NCBI GenBank assembly: GCA_963803265.1
Contig: CAWDLZ010000017.1
Location: 52,813 to 116,812 of the forward strand
Length of the DNA stretch: 64,000 bases
Reading direction: 5' to 3'
Source: an uncultured Alphaproteobacteria bacterium
GTDB taxonomy: Bacteria > Pseudomonadota > Alphaproteobacteria > ATCC43930 > CGMCC-115725
The notes under the pieces were generated by a model. That model was not told the origin of the DNA, made no database searches, and worked only from the letters and a program-made list of their open reading frames with translations. Positions 32,147 to 41,650 of this stretch are shown here, piece by piece (position 1 is the first letter of the stretch; every line of letters begins with the position of its first letter). The position numbers and the translations under genes were made by a program.

Positions 32147-33001
32147 ATGATGGCTATGACCGTGGCGCACCAGCCCCCGAGCATCCAGTTGCCGGCCGAG
32201 CCCTCCGAGCGCGAGGCGCACCAGCGCAAGGCGCGGCTCGGCTGGCCGCGGCGGGACGCGATCGTCTTCGCGGCGCTGACGCATGCCGTCGTGATCGCCG
32301 CGTTGTTGATGCGGTGGCCGAACGCTTTCGCGCCCGCGCCTACGCTGCCGCCGATCGCGGTTTCGCTGGTCACCGAGCCGCCGCCTTCGCCTCCGGCGCC
32401 TTCGCCCCCGGCGGCAGCGCCCAAACTGCCGGCGACGCAGCCGATGCACGATCTCGAATCCGGTCCCGACCAGGTCACGACCGCGCCGCCGCAAGCTCCG
32501 GCCAAGGGACCCGAAGCGGCGCCAAAGCCGCAGCCCGAGGATGAGAACAAGCACGAGAAGGCCGCGATCGCGGAGCCCCCCAAGAGCAAACCGAGCCCGG
32601 CGGCGCCGCAAACGATCCGACCCAAGGAAGCGGCGCGTGAAACCGTGCCTAAGCCGGAACGCGGTTCCATCGATCGCGCGCCGGGCGACATCGATCGCAC
32701 GGGCGATCCCTATCTCAATCGGCTCTGGGCGCTGATAGAAAGCCACCGGACCTATCCGGCGAACGCCATCGGATCGCTCGGCCTGCGGCTCGAAGGAACG
32801 GCGACCTATCTCATCGAGATATCGCCGACGGGCGCGCTCGTCGGGATCCGGCTCGAACGCTCCGCCGGCGCCGATATGCTGGACGACACTGCGCGCGAGA
32901 TGATCGAGGAATCCGCGCCGTTCCCGCCCCTGCCGGGTAACTTTCCCAGCGATGGCGTGGTGCTGTCGGTGACCATCCACCTCTTTCCCGAGGCCTCGTG
33001 A
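32147..33001 (+). CDS. TonB-family energy transducer-like protein
   Basis: TM anchor (IVFAALTHAVVIAALLM), Pro-rich spacer (PPPSPPAPSPPAAAPKLP) and TonB-C-like end (YPANAIGSLGLRLEGTATYLIEISPTGALVGIRLERSAG). The start is uncertain (ATGs at 32147, 32150 and 32156). Confidence 0.7.
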   Translation: MMAMTVAHQPPSIQLPAEPSEREAHQRKARLGWPRRDAIVFAALTHAVVIAALLMRWPNAFAPAPTLPPIAVSLVTEPPPSPPAPSPPAAAPKLPATQPMHDLESGPDQVTTAPPQAPAKGPEAAPKPQPEDENKHEKAAIAEPPKSKPSPAAPQTIRPKEAARETVPKPERGSIDRAPGDIDRTGDPYLNRLWALIESHRTYPANAIGSLGLRLEGTATYLIEISPTGALVGIRLERSAGADMLDDTAREMIEESAPFPPLPGNFPSDGVVLSVTIHLFPEAS

Positions 33002-33049
33002 ATTGGGACATGCCCCCGCCGATCGAGCGGAAATGGTTCCTGCGGGAAT

Positions 33050-34825
33050 TCAAGCCGATCGAGCTTGAAGAGGATGCCTGATCCCGCCCTCGGCGAGGAA
33101 TCTCAACTCCTCGGCGAGGCGCGCGATCACGGGCGCCCAGCGGCGCGATGCGTCCTGGCGATAGAGCCGCGCGGTCGGATACCACCGGCTGTCGGCGCGC
33201 GTTTCCAGCCAGCGCCAATCGGGCGCATAGGGCAGCAGCAGCCATAGCGGCTTGCCCAGCGCGCCGGCGAGATGCGCGACCGACGTATCGACGCTAATGA
33301 CGAGATCCAGCGCCATGATCGCCGCCGCCGTATCGGCGAAATCGGCGAGCAGCGGTGACAGCATCTCAAGACGTAGGAAAGGCGGCGCGTCATTCGCCTC
33401 CTCGACCGCCGCGCCTTTCTGCAAGGCGAAGAACGAGACGTCCGCCACGCCGGCGAGCGGAGCCAGCGCCGATAGCGGCAAGGAGCGGTGGCGGTCGCGC
33501 TTGTGCCCGGGGTTTCCCGCCCAGACGAGGCCGACCTTGAGGCCGGGCCGCGCGAGGCGCCGGCGCCATTCCTCGGCCGCTTGGCCGTCAGCGGCGAGAT
33601 AGGGAATTTGCGCCGGGATGGTATCGAGCGTGGTGTCGAAGGCGAGCGGCAGGCTCAACAACGGGCATTGCCACGCGAAATCCGGCAAGGCGTCGCCGAA
33701 GGCGTGGACCGCGTTAACCCCTTCGATGGCGGCGAGCAGCCGGTGCAGCTCAGTGGGCGCCTCGACGATGACGCGACCGCCACGTTGCGCGACGAGAGGC
33801 AGATAGCGCGCGAACTGGATCGTGTCGCCGAAGCCCTGCTCGGCATGAATGAGGATGGTCGCGCCCGCCAATTCCCCGCCGCGCCATTCCTGCTGCTTGA
33901 AGCGTTTCGCCGCCGCGACGTTGCGGCGCCACGCCAGCCAGCCGGAGCGAAGCTTGCCTTGAAGGAGCAGCGCGAGACCCTGATTCCAGTGCGCGCTGTC
34001 ATTCTCGGGGTCGAGCTCGAGCGCGCGGGCGTAAGCCGCGGCGGCGGCGCCCGGCTCGCCTTGCTCCAGCGTCACATTGCCGAGATTGACGAGAGCCTCG
34101 ACGTAATCCGGCTGCAGCGCCAGGGCCTGGGTGACGGACCGGGCGGCGGCGGCGAGGTCGTCGCGCCGGGCCAGCACATTGCCGTAATTATTATGCGCTG
34201 CGGCGTTGGCGGGCTGGCGCGCCAGCACGTAGCGATAACACTCCGCGGCCTCGTTCAACCGGCCCAGCTCGGCCAGCACGGCGCCGAGATTGTTGTAGGC
34301 GTCGATGAAATTCGGATCGCTTCGGATCGCCTCGAGGAAATGATCGACCGCCTTTTGCGGCTCGGCGCGCGCTGCCAGCACATTGCCGAGATTGTAATGC
34401 GCCTTGGCGTAACCGGGCTTGACGAGCAGCGCCTGCTCGAAGGCGCGCTGCGCCGCCGCCCATTGGCCCTGCTCCTGCAGCGCGAGCCCGAGATTGCTAT
34501 GCGCCTCGGCGAGATCGGGCTTCAATGCGAGCGCGCGGGCGTGACTTCGCGCGGCCTCTTCGGGGCGCCGCAGCGCGCGGTACACCGTGCCTAGATTGTT
34601 GTGGAAATGGGGCTCGGAATTGTCGAGCTCGATCGCCCGCCCGATCGAGACGAGCGCTGCCTCATGCCGGCCGAGCTGATGCTCGACGAGCCCCAAGAGA
34701 TGATGCGTCGCGGCATGGCGCGACTCCTCGGCGAGGATGGCGTGATAGAGGGCCTTGGCCTCGACGAGATGGCCTTCCTGATGCTGCTTGAAGGCGGCGC
34801 TATAGGCCTCGAACAGATCCAGCAT
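33050..34825 (-). CDS. TPR-repeat protein fused to a glycosyltransferase family 9 (heptosyltransferase-like) domain
   Basis: About 8 TPR units (repeated AxxxYNLGxVL-type motifs), then a GT9-like C-terminus (IHAEQGFGDTIQFARYLP, VGLVWAGNPGHKRD, ISVDTSVAHLAGALGKPLWLLLP). Start set at MLDLFEAY because the longer ORF start at 34903 lies inside the repeat element. Confidence 0.75.
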   Translation of the reverse strand: MLDLFEAYSAAFKQHQEGHLVEAKALYHAILAEESRHAATHHLLGLVEHQLGRHEAALVSIGRAIELDNSEPHFHNNLGTVYRALRRPEEAARSHARALALKPDLAEAHSNLGLALQEQGQWAAAQRAFEQALLVKPGYAKAHYNLGNVLAARAEPQKAVDHFLEAIRSDPNFIDAYNNLGAVLAELGRLNEAAECYRYVLARQPANAAAHNNYGNVLARRDDLAAAARSVTQALALQPDYVEALVNLGNVTLEQGEPGAAAAAYARALELDPENDSAHWNQGLALLLQGKLRSGWLAWRRNVAAAKRFKQQEWRGGELAGATILIHAEQGFGDTIQFARYLPLVAQRGGRVIVEAPTELHRLLAAIEGVNAVHAFGDALPDFAWQCPLLSLPLAFDTTLDTIPAQIPYLAADGQAAEEWRRRLARPGLKVGLVWAGNPGHKRDRHRSLPLSALAPLAGVADVSFFALQKGAAVEEANDAPPFLRLEMLSPLLADFADTAAAIMALDLVISVDTSVAHLAGALGKPLWLLLPYAPDWRWLETRADSRWYPTARLYRQDASRRWAPVIARLAEELRFLAEGGIRHPLQARSA

Positions 34826-34888
34826 GACACGGCTCCGGATGGCACTGCCGCCCTGCTTAGCAAGCGCCGAGCCAAGAGAAATTCTCGA

Positions 34889-34989
34889 GCGCGGTCCATG
34901 CAAGTTGAATCGGACCGCTGCTCTAAATTATTGATTTAATCGCATTTTCGAGGGCGAACCGGCACCCACTTCGCCGGAAAATGCTCTAG
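34889..34989. repeat. ~100-nt palindromic intergenic repeat, copy 2
   Basis: Aligns to 1991-2092 in the same orientation with about 10 mismatches. The stem-loop arms GCATTTTCGAGGGCGAA / TTCGCCGGAAAATGC are conserved. Confidence 0.85.
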
Positions 34990-35065
34990 GTAGGTCAATT
35001 AATTAAGGACGAGCAGCGCCAGCCCCGGCGAGGCTTGCCGAGAGCCGGCGCGGCAAAATCTGCCG

Positions 35066-36037
35066 CTATCCCGCCTTCGCCATCTTGTGGTCGATGGCGC
35101 CGAAGATGGATTGCCCGGCCTCGTCCAGCATCTCGATGCGGACGCGGTCGCCGAACTTGAGAAACGGCGTTTTCGGCTCGCCCTGGGCCGCTTCCTCGAC
35201 CGCTCGGGCCTCCGCGATGGTGGCATAGCCGCGCTTCGGGTCCTGGTTCGACACGGTGCCGCCGCCGACGATCGTGCCCGCGGTCAGCGCCTGGGTCATG
35301 GCGGAGTACGAGATCATCTTGTCGAAGCCGTGAACCGCCTCGCCGGCATTGGGGTCGCCGAACAGCTTTCCGTTGACGAAGCAGCGGATCGGCAGGTGCA
35401 GCCGGCTATTGCGCCAGGCCGAGCCGAGCTCGTCGGTGGTGACGCAGACGGGCGCGAAGGCCGAAGCCGGCTTCGAGCGGGTGAACCCGAACTGGCGCTG
35501 TAGCTCGACGGCCTGGAGGTTGCGCAGCGACACGTCGTTGACAAGCGTGATGAGCTCGATCTTCATCGCGGCGACCGCCGGGCTCGCGCCATAGGGCACG
35601 AAGCCCGTGATCGCCGCGACCTCGCCCTCAAAATCGATGCCCCAATCCTCGGTCGCTACGGGTACATCGGCGGTGGGCGCGAGGAACCCGTCGGAGCGGC
35701 CCTGATAGACGGCCGGTTCGCTCAGGAACCATTCCGGCGCCGGCCGGCCACGGGTCATGCGATAGCGGTGGGACTCGTAGGCGGTGCCGTCGAGCCACTG
35801 GAACGAGCGCGGCAGCGGCGAATGGCAGCGCGCGGCATCGAAGTCCTCGGCATTGCACAGCCCATCCATCAGCCGGCGATAGCGATCCTCAAGCAGCGGG
35901 CGGTTGCGCCCCCAATCGTCGAAAGCGGCGAGCAGCGAAGGCGCGATGTCCGCGGCGGGGGTTATTTTCTTGAGGTCGCGCGAGACCACCACCAATTCGC
36001 CGTCGCGGCGATCGTTGCGCAAGGTTGCGAGCTTCAT
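35066..36037 (-). CDS. Fumarylacetoacetate hydrolase family protein
   Basis: 323 aa. FAH-fold pattern (DFEGEVAAI, NDVSLRN, RSKPASAFAP, GTIVGGGTVSN). Confidence 0.75.
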   Translation of the reverse strand: MKLATLRNDRRDGELVVVSRDLKKITPAADIAPSLLAAFDDWGRNRPLLEDRYRRLMDGLCNAEDFDAARCHSPLPRSFQWLDGTAYESHRYRMTRGRPAPEWFLSEPAVYQGRSDGFLAPTADVPVATEDWGIDFEGEVAAITGFVPYGASPAVAAMKIELITLVNDVSLRNLQAVELQRQFGFTRSKPASAFAPVCVTTDELGSAWRNSRLHLPIRCFVNGKLFGDPNAGEAVHGFDKMISYSAMTQALTAGTIVGGGTVSNQDPKRGYATIAEARAVEEAAQGEPKTPFLKFGDRVRIEMLDEAGQSIFGAIDHKMAKAG

Positions 36038-36061
36038 CCCACTCTCCTGTCGGACGCCCTA

Positions 36062-36778
36062 TCAGGCGAAGATTTCCGCGAAGAAATCCTGCATCGCCCG
36101 CCACGAGCGCTTATCGGCCTTCTCGTTATAGGCGGCCGGCATTCCGGTCGAGGGCAAATTCCAGTTGGTGAAGGTGTGGACGGCGCCGCCATAGGACACG
36201 AGCTGCCAGTCCACCTTGGCGTCTTCCATCTCTTTCTCGAAGGCGGCGACCTCGGCGGGCGGCACCACCGGATCGATGGCGCCATGCAGGACCAGAACCT
36301 TGCCCTTGATGTTCTTCGCGTCGGCAGGGTTGGGCGTGCTGAGCTGGCCGTGGAAGCTCACGGTGCCCGCCAAATCGGCGCCGCTGCGCGCCAATTCCAG
36401 GACGACGATGCCACCGAAGCAATAGCCGATGGCCGCGACCTTCTTGGCGTCTACCTGGGGTTGCTTGAGCAAAACCTCGAGCCCGGCCCGAGCGCGCGCT
36501 CGGGTGAGGCCGCGGTCCTGGTAATAGGGCAGCGAAATCTGCTCGCATTCGGGGAACGACTTGGCGCGAATCCCTTTGCCGAATATGTCGAGGGCGAAGG
36601 CGGCATAGCCCAGCTCGGCCAGCATCTCGGCCCGCTTGTGCATGTATTCCTGGCAGCCATTCCATTCATGAGCCACGAGAATGCCTGGCCGCTTGCCCGG
36701 GTTTGCGTCGTCATAGGCGAGGTAGCCCTCGCAAACCGTGGCGCCCTGCTTGTATTCGACCAACTGCGTCTTGATCAC
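36062..36778 (-). CDS. Dienelactone hydrolase family protein
   Basis: 238 aa. ILVAHEWNG, the nucleophile-elbow region AAIGYCFGG and C-terminal HGAIDP...H. Confidence 0.8.
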   Translation of the reverse strand: MIKTQLVEYKQGATVCEGYLAYDDANPGKRPGILVAHEWNGCQEYMHKRAEMLAELGYAAFALDIFGKGIRAKSFPECEQISLPYYQDRGLTRARARAGLEVLLKQPQVDAKKVAAIGYCFGGIVVLELARSGADLAGTVSFHGQLSTPNPADAKNIKGKVLVLHGAIDPVVPPAEVAAFEKEMEDAKVDWQLVSYGGAVHTFTNWNLPSTGMPAAYNEKADKRSWRAMQDFFAEIFA

Positions 36779-36932
36779 CGCCCGTCCTCCCTGGTGTTTC
36801 CCGCGGATGAGGGGAAATATCCCTCACCCGGCTTCGCTTAACGAGTCTTTTTCGCAGACTTCGGGCGGGCGGCGGTCGTTCAAGCGACGAAGCCGCCCGG
36901 CGGCGGCTTCTTTCGCTAAGTCGTTGAAATTT

Positions 36933-37007
<75 letters not shown>

Positions 37008-37180
37008 ATCCGAGAGCCAGCGATCATAGGAGCTTAAATGTTGGTTTTCAATTACCGGGAGCGTAGCACAGCCGAGCCGCGAACCCAGCGGCGAGGCGTC
37101 GCGCGAAGACCAGCCCGTCCCCTTGCCTTAATCCCCTAGCGCCGCCATTTTTAAGCCTGGGACCCAAAGGAAGAAAGCAC

Positions 37181-38102
37181 ATGGAAGCGATTATCGGCGG
37201 CGGAACTCCACCAGCGGGCAACGCCGATCTCGTCAAGAACGGCACCACCGCCACCTTCATGGCCGATGTCATCGACGCTTCGCATGACGCGGCGGTCGTG
37301 GTCGATTTCTGGGCGCCGTGGTGCGGGCCGTGCAAGCAGCTCGGGCCGCAGCTCGAAAAGGCGGTGCGCGGCGCCAAGGGCGCGGTGCGCATGGTCAAGA
37401 TCAACATCGACGAGAACCAAGAACTGGCGGCGCAGATGCGCATCCAGTCGATCCCGGCGGTCTATGCCTTCAAGGACGGCCGCCCGGTCGACGGATTCGT
37501 CGGTGCGGTTCCGGAAAGCCAGGTCAAGCAGTTCGTCGGCAAGCTTACCGCCGGCGCCGGTGCCGCGGACTCGCCGATCGCGGCGGCCGTGGCGCTCGCC
37601 AAGGAGGCCTCAAGCGCGGGCGATCACCCGCGCGCGGCCAACATCTTCGCCCAGGTGCTGCAGCACGAGCCCGAGAATTTCGATGCGCTCACGGGGCTCG
37701 CGCGCATCGCTCTCGCGAAGAAGGATCTGAAACAGGCGCGCGAGATTCTCGCCAAGATTCCCGCCGAGCAGGCGAAGCACGCCGATGTCGTTGCCATCCG
37801 CACCGGCCTCGAGCTTGCGGAAACCGGTGCCAAGGCAGCCGGCGCCGTTGACGAGCTGCAAGGCGCGGCTCGAGCGCGATCCCAAGGATCATTCGGCGCG
37901 GCTCGAGCTGGCCTCGGCGCTCTTCGCCGCCGGCGACCGCGAAGCCGCGATCGATCAACTGCTCGATCTCGTCAAGCGCGACCGCGAATGGAACGAGCAG
38001 GCGGCGCGCAAGCAACTGGTCAAATTCTTCGAGGCGATCGGGCTCGCCGATCCGTTGACGGTGCAGTCGCGCAAGCGTCTTTCGTCGATCCTGTTCTCAT
38101 GA
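37181..38102 (+). pseudogene. Thioredoxin-domain plus TPR co-chaperone (YbbN/CnoX-like), one +1 frameshift
   Basis: VVDFWAPWCGPCKQL thioredoxin motif, then TPR-like helices. ...GAVDELQ continues as ARLERDPKDHSARLELASALFAAGDREAAIDQLL...RKRLSSILFS in the frame of ORF 37785-38102. The extra base is at about 37862. Length is 922 nt = 3n+1. Confidence 0.8.
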
Positions 38103-38752
38103 GCTTCGAGCCGCGCATCGAGGATTTGCCCGCGCTGCTACCGATCTTCCCGCTGACTGGCGCGCTGCTGCTGCCGCGCGGCCGGCTGCCGCTCAACATC
38201 TTCGAGCCGCGCTATCTTGCCATGGTCCAGCACGCGCTCGGCCAGGGTCGGATGATCGGCATGATCCAGCCCCAGGAGGGCGCGGGCGATGCCGGCGATC
38301 CGCCAATCTACCGCACCGGCTGCGCCGGACGCATCGTCGAATTCGCCGAGACCCCGGATGGCCGCTTCATCCTGACCCTGAAAGGCGTCGCTCGATTCGA
38401 GGTGGCGTCGGAGCCGCCGCGAACGGCGCTGTTCCGCCAGGTCGTTCCCGATTGGCAGCGCTGGCACGACGATTTGCAGGAAGATAACGCGGGTGTCGAT
38501 CGCGAGCGGATGGTGACCGCGCTGAAGCCGTTTTTCGAGCGTCACGGCATCAATGCGGATTCCGAGGTGCTGACCGCGGCGCCGATCGAGCATCTCGTCA
38601 ATTCCTTGGCGATGGCGTGTCCGTTCAGCCCGAGCGAGAAGCAGGCCTTCCTCGAGGCGCCGCGCACCGGCGAGCGCGCGAAGATTCTGACGGCGCTCGT
38701 CGAAATGTCGGTGGCCAGCACGGTCACGCCGAATGGCGGGGCGCGGAACTGA
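38099..38752 (+). CDS. LON peptidase substrate-binding (Lon N-terminal) domain protein
   Basis: 217 aa from MSFEPRIEDLPALLPIFPLTGALLLPRGRLPLNIFEPRYLAMV. ATGA overlap with the upstream stop. In the ORF track it appears fused to the thioredoxin gene only because of the frameshift. Confidence 0.8.
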   Translation: MSFEPRIEDLPALLPIFPLTGALLLPRGRLPLNIFEPRYLAMVQHALGQGRMIGMIQPQEGAGDAGDPPIYRTGCAGRIVEFAETPDGRFILTLKGVARFEVASEPPRTALFRQVVPDWQRWHDDLQEDNAGVDRERMVTALKPFFERHGINADSEVLTAAPIEHLVNSLAMACPFSPSEKQAFLEAPRTGERAKILTALVEMSVASTVTPNGGARN

Positions 38753-38767
38753 GGGGAAGGCGAAACC

Positions 38768-38986
38768 ATGAGCGCACCAACCGCCGAAATCGATCCGAGA
38801 CTCCTCGAAATCCTGGTCTGCCCGCTGACCAAAGGGCCCCTTCGCTATGACCGCGCCAAGCAGGAATTGGTCAGTGCCCAGGCCGGCCTCGCTTATCCGG
38901 TCCGCGACGGCATTCCGATCATGCTGGTCGACGAGGCCCGTCCGCTCGACGAGGCCGAGAAGGCGGCGCTTTCGAATAAGCCGTGA
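38768..38986 (+). CDS. Trm112-family (UPF0434) small zinc-ribbon-like protein
   Basis: 72 aa. [14 protein letters not shown]...[16 protein letters not shown]. Confidence 0.85.
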   Translation: MSAPTAEIDPRLLEILVCPLTKGPLRYDRAKQELVSAQAGLAYPVRDGIPIMLVDEARPLDEAEKAALSNKP

Positions 38987-39366
38987 GCCAGCTTGGCACC
39001 ACGCAATGGCCGACCGAACTGCGCCTAAAGCAGGCCGAAAAGCTGCTCGAGATCGATTTCGATGATGGCGCGCGGTTTCGCCTGCCGGCGGAATATCTGC
39101 GGGTCGAAAGCCCTTCGGCCGAGGTCCAAGGCCACGGGCCGGGCCAGAAGCAGCTCGTCCCCGGTCGTGCCAGGGTCGGCATCGTCAAGGTCGAGCCCGT
39201 CGGGAATTATGCCGTGCGTCTCGTCTTCGACGACCATCACGATACCGGCATCTATTCCTGGAGCTATCTCTATCAGCTCGGCCGCGAGCGGGAACGGCGT
39301 TGGGCCGAGTATCTCGCGGCGCTGGCCAAGGCCGGGCTCTCGCGCGAGCCGCCGGCGAAGTCGTGA
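38983..39366 (+). CDS. DUF971 (gamma-butyrobetaine hydroxylase-like N-terminal) domain protein
   Basis: 127 aa. [26 protein letters not shown]...[24 protein letters not shown]. Confidence 0.8.
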   Translation: MSQLGTTQWPTELRLKQAEKLLEIDFDDGARFRLPAEYLRVESPSAEVQGHGPGQKQLVPGRARVGIVKVEPVGNYAVRLVFDDHHDTGIYSWSYLYQLGRERERRWAEYLAALAKAGLSREPPAKS

Positions 39367-39388
39367 CGCGCGTAGAGGAGCCGAGGCC

Positions 39389-40384
39389 ATGAACCTACCC
39401 CCTGCCAATCCGACGCGTCCCGGCGCCGACATCAACCATTCGCTCGGCCGCGCGGGGCTCATCGTCGTGTGCAAGCGCGACGGCTTCGTCGAGTTCCACG
39501 ATGCCACCGGTTTCACGCTAATCGAGGAAATCAAGCTGCCCGATTTCCCGCATGAGGTGGTGCTGTCGCCCGACCGCAGGAAGGCCTATGTCTCGATCTA
39601 TGGCAATGGCCAGGTCGGGACCAATACCGTGCCGGGCACAAGGATCGCGGTACTCGATCTTGCGTCGCGAAAACTCGACGGCTTCATCGAGCTCGCGCCG
39701 TTCCTTGCGCCCCACGGCTTGACCTTCGACCAAGCGGGCCTCCTTTGGGCGACGGCGGAATCGAGCCACGCTCTCGTCTATATCGACCCAGCGCGCGGCG
39801 TCGTCCTCGGCCATGTCGAGACCGAAAGTTTGCGCACCCATTTTATGGCCGCCTCGCCCGACGGCACCCGGATCTACGTCCCGCATCGGCAGCTGAGCTT
39901 CATGAGCGTCGTCGACACGGCGACGCGCAAGGTGGTCAAGCGGATTCCGAATTTCCGCTACGAGTGCCAGGGCGTGTGCACCGCGCCCGACGGCAACCGC
40001 GTCTATCAGGCATCGAGCGCGCGGCCGTTTATCAGCGTGATCGATCCGAAGACCGACGAGGTCGCAGGACAAATCACGGTCGAAGGCATGGGCGATTTCC
40101 CGCCGCAGCTTAATCGGCTTCGTGTCAGTCCCGACAATCGGTACCTCGTGATCTCGTACAATGTCTCGCGCCTCGCGGCGGTAATCGACACCCGCGAGCC
40201 CGAGCGCCAGTACCTGTTCGAGCTTGAGAAGGGGCCGATGGGCATCGCCTTCGGCGCCGACCTCAACCAGGCCCTCGTCACCAATCACGACGAGGGCACG
40301 ATCTCGGTCATCGACCTGGGCGCGATGAAACCGGCGGGCCAATTCAAGACCCATCTGGGTCCCGAGACGATGGCGTTCTACTAA
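39389..40384 (+). CDS. YVTN-family beta-propeller repeat protein (YncE-like)
   Basis: Start at MNLPPANP with GAGGAG 8 nt upstream. Repeated ~40-residue units (SPDRRKAYVS, SPDGTRIYVP, APDGNRVYQA, SPDNRYLVIS). Confidence 0.75.
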   Translation: MNLPPANPTRPGADINHSLGRAGLIVVCKRDGFVEFHDATGFTLIEEIKLPDFPHEVVLSPDRRKAYVSIYGNGQVGTNTVPGTRIAVLDLASRKLDGFIELAPFLAPHGLTFDQAGLLWATAESSHALVYIDPARGVVLGHVETESLRTHFMAASPDGTRIYVPHRQLSFMSVVDTATRKVVKRIPNFRYECQGVCTAPDGNRVYQASSARPFISVIDPKTDEVAGQITVEGMGDFPPQLNRLRVSPDNRYLVISYNVSRLAAVIDTREPERQYLFELEKGPMGIAFGADLNQALVTNHDEGTISVIDLGAMKPAGQFKTHLGPETMAFY

Positions 40385-41607
40385 AGCGCTTCCCCGCGCG
40401 CGAGGCGCGGCAGGTCGCCGACCGTCCCCATGGCCTGGCGCATGAAAAAGCGCTTGAGATGGGGCGCGCGGTTGACCGCGGCGAGGCCGAGATCGCGGAC
40501 GAACCTCACCGGCGCGGCATTGTTCGAGAACAGGCGGTTGAGGCCATCGGTGACCGCAGTCAGAGTCATCACGTCGAAACGCCGCCAGCGCTCGTAACGT
40601 TCGAGCAGCGCCCGCCCGCCGATGTCGAGGCCGAGGCGGCTGGCATCGACTGCCAGCTCGGCCAGCGCGGCAATGTCGCGCACGCCGAGATTCCAGCCTT
40701 GTCCCGCGATCGGATGGATGACATGGGCGGCATCGCCCACGAGGGCCAAGCGCGGCGCGGTATAGCACTCGGCAAGCAGGAGGGAGAGTGGATAGGACCA
40801 GCGCGGCCCCTCGACCGCGAGCGCTCCCAGATAATCGCCGAAGCGACGCTCGAGCTCGCGCAAGAAGGACGCATCGTCGAGCGCGAGTAGGCGCTTGGCG
40901 TCGGCGTCGCTTTCAGTCCACACGATCGACGAGCGCTTCCCTTTCATCGGCAGGATCGCGAACGGCCCGGGCGCCCGGAAATGCTCGACCGCGACGCCGC
41001 GATGCGGCTCGGCATGCCGCACTGTGCACACGATCGCGGTCTGGCGATAGGCGGCGCCGCGCGTCTTGATCGCGGCAGCCTCGCGCAAGCGCGAAGCGCG
41101 CCCGTCCGCGCCGGCGACCAGCTGGGTGTGAAGGTGGCGGCCATCGCCGAGCGCGAGAGTGGCACCTGTTTCGGTAAAATCCACGCCGCCGACCGCTAGG
41201 GGCGCGAGGAGCGTCAAGCTCGGCAGCGCGCGCGCGCGGGCATAGAGGCCTTGGCGCAGCAAGCGGTTCTCGATGATGAAGCCGAGCGGCTCGGGGCCCA
41301 GATCGCGGTGGTCGTAGTGGAGGAACAGCGGCGAATTGCCGTCGGCGACGCGAATCTCGCAGATCGGCTCGGCATCCGCGGCGAGGAACGGCCAAGCACC
41401 GATGCCGCTCATCACTTGCTGCGAGCCATAGGCGATCGCGGTGGTGCGCCCATCATAGGGCGCGGCCAGCATCCGCGTGGGATCCTCGCGGTCGATGATC
41501 GCGACCTCAAGCCCGGCGGCGGCGCAGGCTATCCCGAGCGTCAAGCCGGACAAGCCGCCGCCGACGATCGCCAATTCAACCCGGATTTCGCCGCCCCGCT
41601 TCGCCAT
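40381..41607 (-). CDS. UbiH/UbiF/VisC/COQ6-family FAD-dependent ubiquinone-biosynthesis hydroxylase
   Basis: 408 aa. FAD motif AIVGGGLSGLTLG and LVGDAAHVIHPIAGQGWNLG. Confidence 0.85.
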   Translation of the reverse strand: MAKRGGEIRVELAIVGGGLSGLTLGIACAAAGLEVAIIDREDPTRMLAAPYDGRTTAIAYGSQQVMSGIGAWPFLAADAEPICEIRVADGNSPLFLHYDHRDLGPEPLGFIIENRLLRQGLYARARALPSLTLLAPLAVGGVDFTETGATLALGDGRHLHTQLVAGADGRASRLREAAAIKTRGAAYRQTAIVCTVRHAEPHRGVAVEHFRAPGPFAILPMKGKRSSIVWTESDADAKRLLALDDASFLRELERRFGDYLGALAVEGPRWSYPLSLLLAECYTAPRLALVGDAAHVIHPIAGQGWNLGVRDIAALAELAVDASRLGLDIGGRALLERYERWRRFDVMTLTAVTDGLNRLFSNNAAPVRFVRDLGLAAVNRAPHLKRFFMRQAMGTVGDLPRLARGEAL

Positions 41608-41650
41608 GGCGGCAGAGTGAAGCGCGCCGGCACGGAAGACAAGCTTCCGG

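Noticed and set aside
37181-38752. 523-aa thioredoxin/Lon-N-domain fusion protein as listed in the ORF track.
   Set aside because: The middle of the translation (ARARSQGSFGAARAGLGALRRRRPRSRDRS...) is nonsense. The neighbouring frame holds the proper YbbN C-terminus and stop. The fusion is a by-product of a 1-nt insertion.
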